Below are positions 48,004-57,212 of a stretch of DNA of 64,000 bases, one piece after another; the stretch's first letter is position 1; every line of letters begins with the position of its first letter. Under the pieces are notes generated by a model. The model did no database searches. It saw only the letters and a list, made by a program, of their open reading frames with translations, and was not told where the DNA came from. The translations under genes and the position numbers were made by a program. This DNA comes from an uncultured Candidatus Saccharibacteria bacterium (GTDB lineage Bacteria; Patescibacteriota; Minisyncoccia; Phycocordibacterales; CAIRYW01). The stretch covers positions 8,542 through 72,541 of the forward strand of contig CAZAOU010000001.1 of NCBI GenBank assembly GCA_964487135.1, written 5' to 3'.

Positions 48004-50634
48004 TTATTTTCGCTTTCTATGTCTAAGAATTTTTGAAAGATACTCTCCTGTATAAGATTTTGGATTTTTAGCAACTTCTTCAGGAGTTCCTCTAGCAACA
48101 ATATTTCCCCCGCCCTCACCTCCATCTGGACCAATATCAATAATATAATCTGCTGATTTTATTAAATCCATATTATGTTCAATAACAACGACGGTATTTC
48201 CGTGATTTACAAGTCGTTGCAATATTTCAATTAATTTTTTTACATCCTCATAGTGAAGACCAATTGTTGGTTCATCTAAAAGATAAATTGTTTTTTCACG
48301 ATGTGTTCTATAAAGTTCAGAAGAAATTTTTACTCTCTGTGCTTCTCCACCCGAGAGAGTTGTCGCAGATTGTCCGAGCTCCAAATATGAAAGCCCTACT
48401 TCTTCTAAAACTTTTAATCTATCGTAGATTGCGGGAATATCTTCAAAAAACTTTATTGCTTCTTCAACAGTCATTTTTAAAACATCGTGAATATTTTTTT
48501 TCTTATATTTTATTTCAAGAGTCTCTTTCATAAATCTTTTACCGTTACAGACATCACAGGTTACATAAACAGTTGGCAAAAAATGCATTTCAACTTCTAT
48601 CATTCCGTTTCCTTGGCAAGTTTCGCATCGTCCCCCTTTTACATTGAAAGAAAAACGATTTGCTTTCCACCCCCTCACCTTTGCTTCAGATGTTGCCGCA
48701 AACATATCTCTAATATGTGTCCACGCTCCTGTATATGTTGCAGGATTTGATCTTGGAGTTCGTCCAATTGGAGATTGATCGATCAAAATAACACGAGAAA
48801 GATACTCGGCACCAGAAAAAGATGAAGCATTATGGGTTTGTGCTGTGCGATGTCTTCTCTCTAATCTTGCAAGAAGATTTTTATGCAAAATTTCATATAC
48901 AAAAGAAGATTTTCCACTCCCTGAAACTCCCGTAACACAAACAAGCTTCCCAAGAGGAACCTCAACATTCATATTTTTAATATTGAAAACTTTTCCTCCA
49001 GCAATTTTTAGCACACCTTTATTGTCTATGCGTCTTTTTTCTGGAATTTCTATTTGATCTTCTCCACGCAAATATGAAAGTGTTTTTGAATCTGAATCAT
49101 TTGTTTTAGATGTAAGTAATCTCTCTAAATTTCCCGAGACAACAATATCACCTCCATGAACCCCGGCCCCCGGCCCAATATCAACTATAAAATCAGAAGC
49201 AAACATTGTATCTTCGTCGTGTTCAACAACAAGAATTGTGTTTCCTAAATCACGAAGATTTAAAAGGGTTTTTATAAGTCTTGCATTGTCTTTTTGATGA
49301 AGACCGATGGTTGGCTCATCCAGCACATAAAGAGCTCCCACTAGAGAACTTCCAAGCTGAGTTGCAAGACGAATTCTTTGTGCTTCTCCGCCAGAAAGGG
49401 TATTTGCCTTTCTATCAAGCGAAAGATAGTCAATTCCAACATCAACCATAAATTGGAGTCGCGCAAGAATTTCTTTTATTACAACTTTTGAAATTTCTTT
49501 TTCGGTTGAAGTAAGGGGTAGGTTTTCAAAAAAAGTTTTAGCGTCTTTTACAGAAAAAGAAGTTACATTTACAATGTTAGTTTTTTCTTGGCCCAGAAAA
49601 ACGTTTAGAGCTTCATCACGAAGTCTTGCGCCATGACATTTCTCACAAGGTTCATATGCAAAAAAATGTCTGGTTCCTAATCCATTACATTCTGAACACG
49701 CTCCATACGGAGAATTAAATGAAAAAAGTCTAGGCTCAACTTCTGGATATGAAAATCCGTCGTAAGGACACATAAACTTCGAAGAAATAAGCTGGGAATG
49801 CTCTGGGGTAACAACCCGAAGAAGTCCATCCGACTCATGAAGTGCTTGCTCAATTGCCTCGCTCAATCTTTCTTCAAAACTTTGTGTTTTGTCTTTTAAC
49901 TCAGAAAGATAGAATTCGTCTACCAAAACTTCTATATCATGTTTTTTGGTTTTTGAAAGTTCAACTCGCTCTCGCAAACTTACTTCCTTTCCATCTACAA
50001 GCGCCTTTTCATAACCCTTGCCGAGCATATCGTATAAAAGCTGGTAGTACTCACCTTTTCTTCCTACAACAATCGGCGAATAAATTTTAAAAGATAAATC
50101 GCTTACTGAAACACCCATTACCTTTTTAGAATTCTTGTCATCATCAATTGATTCGACAATTTCTTTTATTGTTGAAACTATTTCTTCTTTAGAAAGTTTT
50201 TTTATTTCTCTCCCACAAACCAAACAATGAGGTTTTCCAATTCTCGCAAAAAGAATTCTAAGATAATCGTAAATTTCTGTAATTGTTGCAACAGTTGAAC
50301 GAGGATTGTTAGAGCGTGACTTTTGATCAATAGAAATTGCCGGCGAAAGCCCAGTTATTTCATCCACATCTGGTTTTTGCATCTGGCGCAAAAATTGGCG
50401 CGCATAAGAAGAAAGAGACTCAACATATCTTCTTTGACCTTCTGCAAAAATGGTATCAAAAGCAAAAGAACTCTTTCCGCTTCCAGACAGCCCTGTAACA
50501 GCAATCATTTTATTGCGAGGCATTTCAAGACTAATATTCTTAAGATTATGAGTCCTAGCCCCTTTTACAACAATTTTCTCTTGATCTGCCAAGAGTTTTT
50601 CTATTCTGTTTTCTTTATTTTTTGACATAAACAC
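48004..50634 (-). CDS. uvrA: excinuclease ABC subunit A
   Basis: two ABC ATPase modules (GLSGSGKSS, GVSGSGKSS), zinc-finger cysteines, signature LSGGEAQR twice. Confidence 0.95.
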   Translation of the reverse strand: MFMSKNKENRIEKLLADQEKIVVKGARTHNLKNISLEMPRNKMIAVTGLSGSGKSSFAFDTIFAEGQRRYVESLSSYARQFLRQMQKPDVDEITGLSPAISIDQKSRSNNPRSTVATITEIYDYLRILFARIGKPHCLVCGREIKKLSKEEIVSTIKEIVESIDDDKNSKKVMGVSVSDLSFKIYSPIVVGRKGEYYQLLYDMLGKGYEKALVDGKEVSLRERVELSKTKKHDIEVLVDEFYLSELKDKTQSFEERLSEAIEQALHESDGLLRVVTPEHSQLISSKFMCPYDGFSYPEVEPRLFSFNSPYGACSECNGLGTRHFFAYEPCEKCHGARLRDEALNVFLGQEKTNIVNVTSFSVKDAKTFFENLPLTSTEKEISKVVIKEILARLQFMVDVGIDYLSLDRKANTLSGGEAQRIRLATQLGSSLVGALYVLDEPTIGLHQKDNARLIKTLLNLRDLGNTILVVEHDEDTMFASDFIVDIGPGAGVHGGDIVVSGNLERLLTSKTNDSDSKTLSYLRGEDQIEIPEKRRIDNKGVLKIAGGKVFNIKNMNVEVPLGKLVCVTGVSGSGKSSFVYEILHKNLLARLERRHRTAQTHNASSFSGAEYLSRVILIDQSPIGRTPRSNPATYTGAWTHIRDMFAATSEAKVRGWKANRFSFNVKGGRCETCQGNGMIEVEMHFLPTVYVTCDVCNGKRFMKETLEIKYKKKNIHDVLKMTVEEAIKFFEDIPAIYDRLKVLEEVGLSYLELGQSATTLSGGEAQRVKISSELYRTHREKTIYLLDEPTIGLHYEDVKKLIEILQRLVNHGNTVVVIEHNMDLIKSADYIIDIGPDGGEGGGNIVARGTPEEVAKNPKSYTGEYLSKILRHRKRK

Positions 50635-50722
50635 GAAACAGAGCCCCTAAGAGCCCTAGGGGTATATAGTAGCAGAAAGTATTCTTAAAAGTAAAATATG
50701 ATTAAATCAAAGAAAAAAACAT

Positions 50723-51640
50723 TTATTCGAATCTTTCTAGAGACCTTAACATTCTCGCCTCTACATCCGATTCTTCCAAAATCTCAACCCAATCATTTAA
50801 AGCGACTAAATCTTCCTCAAGAATACCCGTAGATTTATATTTCAAATCTCTTGGGTTAAGTAGAGGTAAATCTTTAGGTGCCCCTTTTAATTTTTTTAAA
50901 CGAAAAGATCCTAAACACATTCCATCAGTATCAATAAATCCTGGAAAGTATTGCAACTCGATAGTGTCTTTATATTCTTCCATTAATTCACCCCATTTTT
51001 TTAAAATCGAGGAAAATTTTGCTGGAACTTGGACAAACATTACACCCCCTTCATTCAAAATTTGATACCAAATATTAAGAATTTTAGCTACATAATACGG
51101 TTCATCTGGAACAAGCTCAAGTCCTCGTCCCATTCTTTCCATAATTAAATTTGCTTTTTTTCCACCGGTTGCTTCATTTAAAGCATCATAAGTATCTGGT
51201 GAAAGAATATCTCCTTCGATAACTTCATGATTTCTCCTTCCATCGCCACTAAGAAGTTTTCCCATCTTACTTCTATGATCAATCAAAGTTACACCCACAG
51301 TATTTTTAAAAAATCCTGGGGTAAATTCAGAAAAAACCCTTGATCCAGTTCCACCAAACTCCACACCAACAGCTTTTCCTTTTCTTTCAGAAAGTTCAAC
51401 TTCTATATATTCTTTAAGAGAATGTTGAAATTTTTCTGGTAGCACAGGATAAAAAGCTGTTCTAAAACTAACCTGCCTTTCTTCATCTTCATCTAAAGGG
51501 GAATCTTTCCAAGTATAATAATTGTTTTCTATGAGATCTTGTGCGTTCTCTCTAAAACGTTTAACCTGCTCAGCGTTTGCGGCTAATTCCATTTCTCTAT
51601 CTTTACCAGACGGAAAACCTCCTTCATATTGAATAGACAT
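50723..51640 (-). CDS. putative class I SAM-dependent methyltransferase-like protein embedded in the uvr cluster
   Basis: Rossmann-like motif I AVGVEFGGTGSRV, acidic beta2 end VTLID, EGDIL, ANLIMERM; weak. Confidence 0.35.
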   Translation of the reverse strand: MSIQYEGGFPSGKDREMELAANAEQVKRFRENAQDLIENNYYTWKDSPLDEDEERQVSFRTAFYPVLPEKFQHSLKEYIEVELSERKGKAVGVEFGGTGSRVFSEFTPGFFKNTVGVTLIDHRSKMGKLLSGDGRRNHEVIEGDILSPDTYDALNEATGGKKANLIMERMGRGLELVPDEPYYVAKILNIWYQILNEGGVMFVQVPAKFSSILKKWGELMEEYKDTIELQYFPGFIDTDGMCLGSFRLKKLKGAPKDLPLLNPRDLKYKSTGILEEDLVALNDWVEILEESDVEARMLRSLERFE

Positions 51641-51665
51641 AAAAATATTGTAACAAATATAAGAA

Positions 51666-53708
51666 TTATTTTCTTCTTTTACTTTTTTTATCAGACAACT
51701 CAGGATGTTTAGCTAAAACAGCTTGGATTTCATCCCTAACAATTGCCGCTGTTTCAAAATCCAAAACCTTCACAGCATCCTCCATTTCTTCTTTTTTGAG
51801 TTTTATAAATAATGCCGGATTTTTTTCTATCAAATCTTTTTGGATAGTTAAGATTCCTTCAACGGTTTTTTCGTGTTCACTTTCCATCATGTCGCGAATA
51901 TCTTTTATCTGTTTTTTGATTGTAACAGGAGTAATATTATGTTTTTTATTATATTCCATCTGGATAGCACGCCTACGCTCCGTTTCTTTTATCGAGCGAT
52001 CAAGAGATCCAGTAATTTTGTCAGCATAAAGAATAACCCTACCTTCAGAATTTCTCGCGGCGCGGCCAATAATTTGAATAAGTGATGTATCGGAACGTAA
52101 AAAACCTTCTTTATCTGCATCAAAAATTCCAATAAGAGTCACTTCTGGCAAGTCCAAACCTTCTCTAAGCAAATTTACTCCAATAAGAACATCAAAAGTT
52201 CCTTTTCTTAAATCTGTAAGAATTCTAATCCTATCTATCGTGTCTATATCACTATGCAAATACTCGGCCTTTATTCCCCTATCTTTCAAATATTCTGAAA
52301 GATCTTCGGCCATTTTTTTAGTAAGAGTTGTGCCAATAACACGATTTCCTTTTTTAACTTCTTTTTCTGCCTCAATAATAAAATCTTGAATTTGGCCTTT
52401 GTAACCAGTTTTTTCGTTTACTGGTTTTACTTCTATTACTGGATCAACAAGACCTGTCGGCCTAATAACTTGTTCAACAATTTGAGAGCTATTTGTTTTT
52501 TCATAATTTCCTGGCGTTGCAGAAGTATAAATTGTCTGCCCAACTTTTTTTTCAAACTCTTCAAATTTTAATGGGCGATTATCTTTGGCAGATGGAAGTC
52601 TAAAACCATGTTCAACAAGAGTCGTTTTTCTAGATGCATCACCTGCATACATACCACCAAGCTGAGGAACTGTAACATGAGACTCATCAATGATAGTCAA
52701 AAAATCAGGTTCGCCTTTTTCATTTTTTGGAAAATAGGCAAGCAAAGAATCAGGTGCCTCGCCCGGAAGTTTGCCAGAAAAATGTCTTGAATAATTTTCT
52801 ATACCATTGCAATATCCGACCTCCCTAATAAGAGCGAGATCATAATTTGTTCTTCTTTTAATTCTCTCTGCCTCAAGAAGCTTTCCCTCTTTTTCAAATT
52901 TCTTAAGTTGTTCTTGCAACTCGCTTTTTATAGTTTGAACGCCTCTATCTCTATCCTCTTCTGGCGTAACGAAATGTTTTGCAGGAAAAATAAAAAATGC
53001 TTCGGGAGTATCTTTTATAGCTCTTGTTACCGGATCAATTTTTTCTATTTTAGAAATAGTGTCACCAACAAAGTGTATTCGCCAGACAATTCGCTCACTT
53101 TGCGGCATTATCTCAAGAGTATTTCCTAAAGCTCTGAAAAATCCGGGATTCAAATCAGAATTTGTTCGATCAAAATAAATTTTTATAAGTTTTCGCGCTA
53201 AATCGTTTCTAGATATTTTTTCCCCAATTTTTATTTTTATATTTACTTTTTCATATTCCTCGGGAGAACCTAAACCATAAATACAAGAAACGGAAGCTAC
53301 TATTATTACATCTTTGCGAGTAAGAAGTGCCTCAGTAGAAGCGTGACGAAGACGGTCAATTTCTTCATTTATTTGTGCCTCTTTTTCTATGTAAGTATCT
53401 GAGTGAGGCAAATATGCTTCTGGCTGATAGTAATCGTAATAAGAGACAAAATAATGAACCGCGTTTTCAGGAAAAAAATCGCGATATTCTTGCGCAAGTT
53501 GCGCAGCAAGAGTTTTGTTGTGAGCAATAACAAGAGTTGGTTTTTGTGTTTTTTCTATAATATTTGCAACAGTAAAAGTTTTACCAGAACCAGTTACTCC
53601 CAAAAGAGTTTGGTGTCTAAAACCTTTTTTTAAGCCAGAAACAAGATCTTTTATAGCTTTTGGCTGGTCGCCTGCTGGCGCAAATTGTGTTGAAAGTTTA
53701 AATTTCAT
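51666..53708 (-). CDS. uvrB: excinuclease ABC subunit B
   Basis: Walker A LLGVTGSGKTFT; DEAH-like helicase motifs; beta-hairpin region YFVSYYDYYQPEAY; C-terminal UvrC-interaction helix. Confidence 0.95.
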   Translation of the reverse strand: MKFKLSTQFAPAGDQPKAIKDLVSGLKKGFRHQTLLGVTGSGKTFTVANIIEKTQKPTLVIAHNKTLAAQLAQEYRDFFPENAVHYFVSYYDYYQPEAYLPHSDTYIEKEAQINEEIDRLRHASTEALLTRKDVIIVASVSCIYGLGSPEEYEKVNIKIKIGEKISRNDLARKLIKIYFDRTNSDLNPGFFRALGNTLEIMPQSERIVWRIHFVGDTISKIEKIDPVTRAIKDTPEAFFIFPAKHFVTPEEDRDRGVQTIKSELQEQLKKFEKEGKLLEAERIKRRTNYDLALIREVGYCNGIENYSRHFSGKLPGEAPDSLLAYFPKNEKGEPDFLTIIDESHVTVPQLGGMYAGDASRKTTLVEHGFRLPSAKDNRPLKFEEFEKKVGQTIYTSATPGNYEKTNSSQIVEQVIRPTGLVDPVIEVKPVNEKTGYKGQIQDFIIEAEKEVKKGNRVIGTTLTKKMAEDLSEYLKDRGIKAEYLHSDIDTIDRIRILTDLRKGTFDVLIGVNLLREGLDLPEVTLIGIFDADKEGFLRSDTSLIQIIGRAARNSEGRVILYADKITGSLDRSIKETERRRAIQMEYNKKHNITPVTIKKQIKDIRDMMESEHEKTVEGILTIQKDLIEKNPALFIKLKKEEMEDAVKVLDFETAAIVRDEIQAVLAKHPELSDKKSKRRK

Positions 53709-53798
53709 GAAAACTCACTATATCAAAAAAGAACTATTTAAGCATTAAAAATAGCGCTCAACTCCGTGAGCGCTTGTCCATCTGACTTTTTGCCACCC

Positions 53799-54059
53799 TT
53801 AAGCGGCATTTGGTAAGTCGGTCGTGGTCGTATCAATCCTTGTGATTTCCGCGGATGCCGGATCGTGTTTTTGGAGCCAGTCATAGCTTCCAGAACCAAC
53901 CCAGCCATTTACCACCCTGGAAAAGACAACACCGAACGCTGAGCCGTATTTTGTTAAGGCCCAGCCGGAAACTCCGTCCCGTTTTTCGGCTAGTTGTCCA
54001 CCTTTGTCACTCACAAAGGCCTGATCGAAGACTTGGATCTGTCTTGGTGTGTTGTTCAT
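53799..54059 (-). CDS. hypothetical small protein in GC-rich island F
   Basis: 86 aa from ATG (MNNTPRQIQVF...; the track ORF starts at TTG 54068); GC-rich and Gly/Trp-rich; no family recognised. Confidence 0.3.
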   Translation of the reverse strand: MNNTPRQIQVFDQAFVSDKGGQLAEKRDGVSGWALTKYGSAFGVVFSRVVNGWVGSGSYDWLQKHDPASAEITRIDTTTTDLPNAA

Positions 54060-54122
54060 GATGGTCAACGAACTTTTTGTCTTTTTTTATGGCCCATCCG
54101 CACTCACGGTAGGTCTTTGACA

Positions 54123-54155
54123 AAACGAGCTCCCTAAGTTGAGAGCTCGTTTTTG
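54123..54155. terminator. perfect 11-bp hairpin terminator (aaaacgagctc-10 nt-gagctcgtttt)
   Basis: palindromic arms with T-runs on both strands, about 120 nt downstream of the tgt stop. Confidence 0.45.
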
Positions 54156-54276
54156 ATATCAATTTAGTTAAAAAAGTAGAATATCAAGAACCAACCCTCA
54201 ATAGATTTCCGAGGACTCTTTTCATATATGTTCTTGTAATCCAAAAATTCATATTCTTATTATACCAAACAAAACA

Positions 54277-55473
54277 TTATCTATTTTTAAGATATGTGGA
54301 TAAAAAATCCTTTTTATATTGATCAAAATTATCATTCAAAATAGAGTCTCTGATATTTTTAACAAGAGAAATAATAAAATATAGATTATGAATTGTAGCC
54401 AAAGTATTAGATAAAATTTCTTTTGCCCTAAAAAGATGTGACAAATAACCTTTTGTAAAATTTTTACATGTATAACACCCGCAATCTTTCTCTATAGGGG
54501 TCATATCTTCTCTAAATTTGGAATTTAAAATATTTATCTTGCCTTCTTTTGTATACAAACTTCCATTGCGAGCACTACGAGTCGGAGCTACACAATCAAA
54601 AGTGTCGCATCCCGCTTCTACTCCCAAAAATAAATCTTCAGGTTCACCTATTCCAAGAAGATGCTTCGGCTTCTCTTCTGGCAAAATATTATTTACTAAA
54701 GCGACAACCTGAGAAATATTATCTTTTGTATATGAGCCACCAATTCCAAAGCCATCAAAATTCATAGAGCCAATTATTTCGGCACTTTCTTTTCTTAAAT
54801 CCTCAAACTGTCCCCCTTGCACTATTCCAAAAAGCGCCTGTGGTCCGCCAAGTCTTTTATGTTCATCTAGACTTCTCTTTGCCCAACGGTGAGTCCTATC
54901 CATTGCTTCTTTTTGATATTGTTTTGTTTCTGTTGGCGCTGTCGCTTCATCAAAAGCAAAAATAATATCCGCACCAATAGAATGCTGAATTTGAATTGAT
55001 TTTTCTGGTGTAAAAAAATGTTCACTTCCATCAATATGAGATTTGAAAGACACTCCGTCCTCAGTGATTTTAGCTATAGGTTCAATATCTTCTTTACTCT
55101 CGTCTACCAAACTTGCTTCACCTTTTGCAATTTTAGATACACCTTTACCAAAGGCTTTTCCCAAAGAAAATACTTGAAACCCTCCAGAATCTGTAAACAT
55201 TGGCTCACTCCAACCAGAAAAATTATGTAGTCCCCCAGCTTTTTCCAAAATATCTGTTCCCGGCTGAAGATAAAGATGATAAGTATTAGAAAGAACTGTT
55301 TGCGCCCCAAGCTCTTTTATTTGCTCTGGGGTAAGAGATTTTACTGTTGCTTTTGTGCCAACACACACAAAACAAGGGGTTTGAATGATCCCATGAGATG
55401 TTTCAATGAAGCCGGCTCTTCCGAGCCGGCCATCAAGTTTTTTTTCAATTTTAAAGTTGAAATTTTCCACCAA
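54277..55473 (-). CDS. tgt: queuine tRNA-ribosyltransferase
   Basis: N-terminal GRLGRAGFIETSHGIIQTPCF; zinc site CGCYTCKNFTKGYLSHL. Confidence 0.9.
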   Translation of the reverse strand: MVENFNFKIEKKLDGRLGRAGFIETSHGIIQTPCFVCVGTKATVKSLTPEQIKELGAQTVLSNTYHLYLQPGTDILEKAGGLHNFSGWSEPMFTDSGGFQVFSLGKAFGKGVSKIAKGEASLVDESKEDIEPIAKITEDGVSFKSHIDGSEHFFTPEKSIQIQHSIGADIIFAFDEATAPTETKQYQKEAMDRTHRWAKRSLDEHKRLGGPQALFGIVQGGQFEDLRKESAEIIGSMNFDGFGIGGSYTKDNISQVVALVNNILPEEKPKHLLGIGEPEDLFLGVEAGCDTFDCVAPTRSARNGSLYTKEGKINILNSKFREDMTPIEKDCGCYTCKNFTKGYLSHLFRAKEILSNTLATIHNLYFIISLVKNIRDSILNDNFDQYKKDFLSTYLKNR

Positions 55474-55475
55474 AA

Positions 55476-55940
55476 TTATTTTTGTTTTTCTATTTTTACA
55501 ATCTCCACATCAAATATAAGAGTTGACTTAGGAGGAATTACAAATCCACCTCTACCATCTGGAACTCCAGCATCACCATATCCAAACGAAGAAGGGATTG
55601 TTAGTTTTAATTTTTCACCGACTTTTGTTCCAGCAAGACCTTGATCCCACCCTTTAATAACCTGTCCTGCACCTAATACAAATGTAAATGGTGTTCCTCT
55701 ATCAACAGAACTATCAAATTTTTGACCATCCTCAAATGTTCCTGTGTAATGGACTGTCAGTTTATCTCCTGACATAACAGCATCACCTGATCCCTCATTT
55801 AAAACTTCTACTTTTACATTATCTTCCATTTGTGTTGTTTGATTACTTTTAAAAACTCCAGCTATGCCCCCAATTCCGAAAAAAAATAATCCGGCAATTA
55901 AGAGAGCAATAACTATACCTATATATTGTTCTTTTTTCAT
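55476..55940 (-). CDS. FKBP-type peptidyl-prolyl cis-trans isomerase, membrane-anchored
   Basis: FKBP core [42 protein letters not shown]...[10 protein letters not shown]; N-terminal TM helix. Confidence 0.85.
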   Translation of the reverse strand: MKKEQYIGIVIALLIAGLFFFGIGGIAGVFKSNQTTQMEDNVKVEVLNEGSGDAVMSGDKLTVHYTGTFEDGQKFDSSVDRGTPFTFVLGAGQVIKGWDQGLAGTKVGEKLKLTIPSSFGYGDAGVPDGRGGFVIPPKSTLIFDVEIVKIEKQK

Positions 55941-55992
55941 AGTTTATACATTATATCAAAATTACAAATAAAAATAGAGGCGAGATGCCTCT

Positions 55993-56214
55993 TTACCAAC
56001 CTTTTCTGATTCGCGACACACCACAGAGATTGCTTAGTCGACTAATCACATGATCAACCAAAACTTTCTCATATCCCTCATCAAGAAGCTCACGCTCAAT
56101 GTCATCTAGTCTTGATGAGTCAAGCTTGCCATGATGATTTCTTTCTTTGCGTGATATTGCCAAAGCCATACTTAGAGATTTTACTGAAATCTCTACCGTT
56201 ACGGGATTATCCAT
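55993..56214 (-). CDS. hypothetical 73-aa protein (island G, second gene under the T-box leader)
   Basis: starts at ATG 2 nt after the stop of the upstream ORF (operon-like); MDNPVTVEISVKSLSMALAISRKERN... Confidence 0.3.
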   Translation of the reverse strand: MDNPVTVEISVKSLSMALAISRKERNHHGKLDSSRLDDIERELLDEGYEKVLVDHVISRLSNLCGVSRIRKGW

Positions 56215-56216
56215 AA

Positions 56217-56450
56217 CTATGACCAAGCTCCTGTGTCGTAAGTTAGCTTTACCACTTCCAGATGGGTTCCAACCAAAGTGTGCGCAATTGCTATCACCTT
56301 TCTTCTTGTTCTTGAATCAAGCTCAAGGCGACGTGCAGAACTTTCAATTTGTTCCGACATTTTGGAAGTATTGTTGGTTGGCTTCAGGGTCTCCACAACT
56401 TTGAGAGACAGAGAGACAATCTTGTTTACCTTTTTGGGGTTTAGTTTCAT
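56217..56450 (-). CDS. hypothetical 77-aa protein (island G, first gene under the T-box leader)
   Basis: begins 38 nt after the T-box terminator; ...RKVIAIAHTLVGTHLEVVKLTYDTGAWS; no family recognised. Confidence 0.3.
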   Translation of the reverse strand: MKLNPKKVNKIVSLSLKVVETLKPTNNTSKMSEQIESSARRLELDSRTRRKVIAIAHTLVGTHLEVVKLTYDTGAWS

Positions 56451-56480
56451 GTATTGTTGGTTGTTAAATGTTCAATTGCA

Positions 56481-56805
56481 AAATAAAAAACCGCCCTTAT
56501 ACACCTACAAAAAATGTAAGTGAATAAGGGCGGTTTTCTTTCCGCGGTGCCACCTTAGTTTAGAAACGCAAAATCCGCCAGAGGCGGAAATACATTCCTC
56601 TTTCATCAGCTTTTTTCCGCCTGAGGTCGGACAATACTGATTATCTCTATTACGGGAGAACCCGAATTTTCACGCTCCGCCTAAGCAGATTGCAAAAATC
56701 ATCCTTTTGTCATTTTTTATTTTTTGACAAAAAATCTGGACCCAACCCCGAAAGCTTTTGCCTCGGGATCCAAATGGATTTTTTAAGTTTTAAGGAAGGA
56801 ATCTG
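56481..56805 (-). promoter_or_regulatory. T-box riboswitch leader: promoter, Stem III, T-box sequence, antiterminator and intrinsic terminator
   Basis: minus-strand promoter TTGATT-16-TATAAT (+ coordinates 56812-56841). T-box sequence AACUAAGGUGGCACCGCGG (RC of 56542-56560) against consensus AAUUAGGGUGGNACCGCGG. Canonical antiterminator: A1 UAAGG / 7-nt bulge UGGCACC / A2 GCGG, pairing with CCGC-CCUUA. That CCGC-CCUUA is the 5' arm of the competing terminator AAAACCGCCCUUAU-23 nt-AUAAGGGCGGUUUU followed by a U-run (RC of 56481-56537). Stem III-like hairpin aggcggaaa...tttccgcct lies immediately upstream. Confidence 0.6.
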
Positions 56806-56852
56806 GCATGAATTATATCAAATTTAGCAAAAAAATCAAGTATAAAAAATGC

Positions 56853-56868
56853 GAGGTTTTTTGACCTC
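56853..56868 (-). terminator. hairpin gaggt-tttttg-acctc overlapping the stop codon of the chorismate-mutase-like gene, followed by a U-rich tract
   Basis: stem overlaps TGA at 56867-56869; RC downstream gcattttttatacttgattttttt. Confidence 0.35.
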
Positions 56869-57157
56869 ACTTTGATGCAAACCCCTCCTCTGCATGAACA
56901 GACTCGTCCATAATTGCTTGAAAGATCCTTTCCACCATACTCCAAGGTAATCCCAGACGCTCCGCTTCCTGCTTGAGAAATTCAAGCTTGAGTTTTTCTT
57001 GTTCTTCGTCGCGCATCGGACGATCGTCGGCTCGCTTAATCAAAGCAACTTTTTTAAGAAGAGGAATTCTCGCTTGCCACATTCTTGCCAAATGTTCGAG
57101 AATACCCTGATCAAGCTTGAGGATGAGTTCGCGAGTATCACCGAGTTCAGTTTTCAT
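56867..57157 (-). CDS. chorismate mutase-like protein (AroQ class, 96 aa)
   Basis: helical pattern LRELILKLDQGILEHLARMWQARIPLLKKVALIKRADDRPMRDEEQEKL...VERIFQAIMDESV matches the AroQ LR..I..LD..LL.LL..R.......K......P..D..RE.......ii..S. pattern. Confidence 0.45.
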   Translation of the reverse strand: MKTELGDTRELILKLDQGILEHLARMWQARIPLLKKVALIKRADDRPMRDEEQEKLKLEFLKQEAERLGLPWSMVERIFQAIMDESVHAEEGFASK

Positions 57158-57212
57158 GGTGTTTTATTACACCATATACTCTCAAAAAGAATTTGTCTAG
57201 AGTTTTTATGTC

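Noticed and set aside
56147-56523. Plus-strand 85-aa and 81-aa ORFs in island G
   Set aside because: Antisense to the two T-box-controlled ORFs and to the terminator hairpin; the minus-strand interpretation is supported by promoter, leader and terminator geometry
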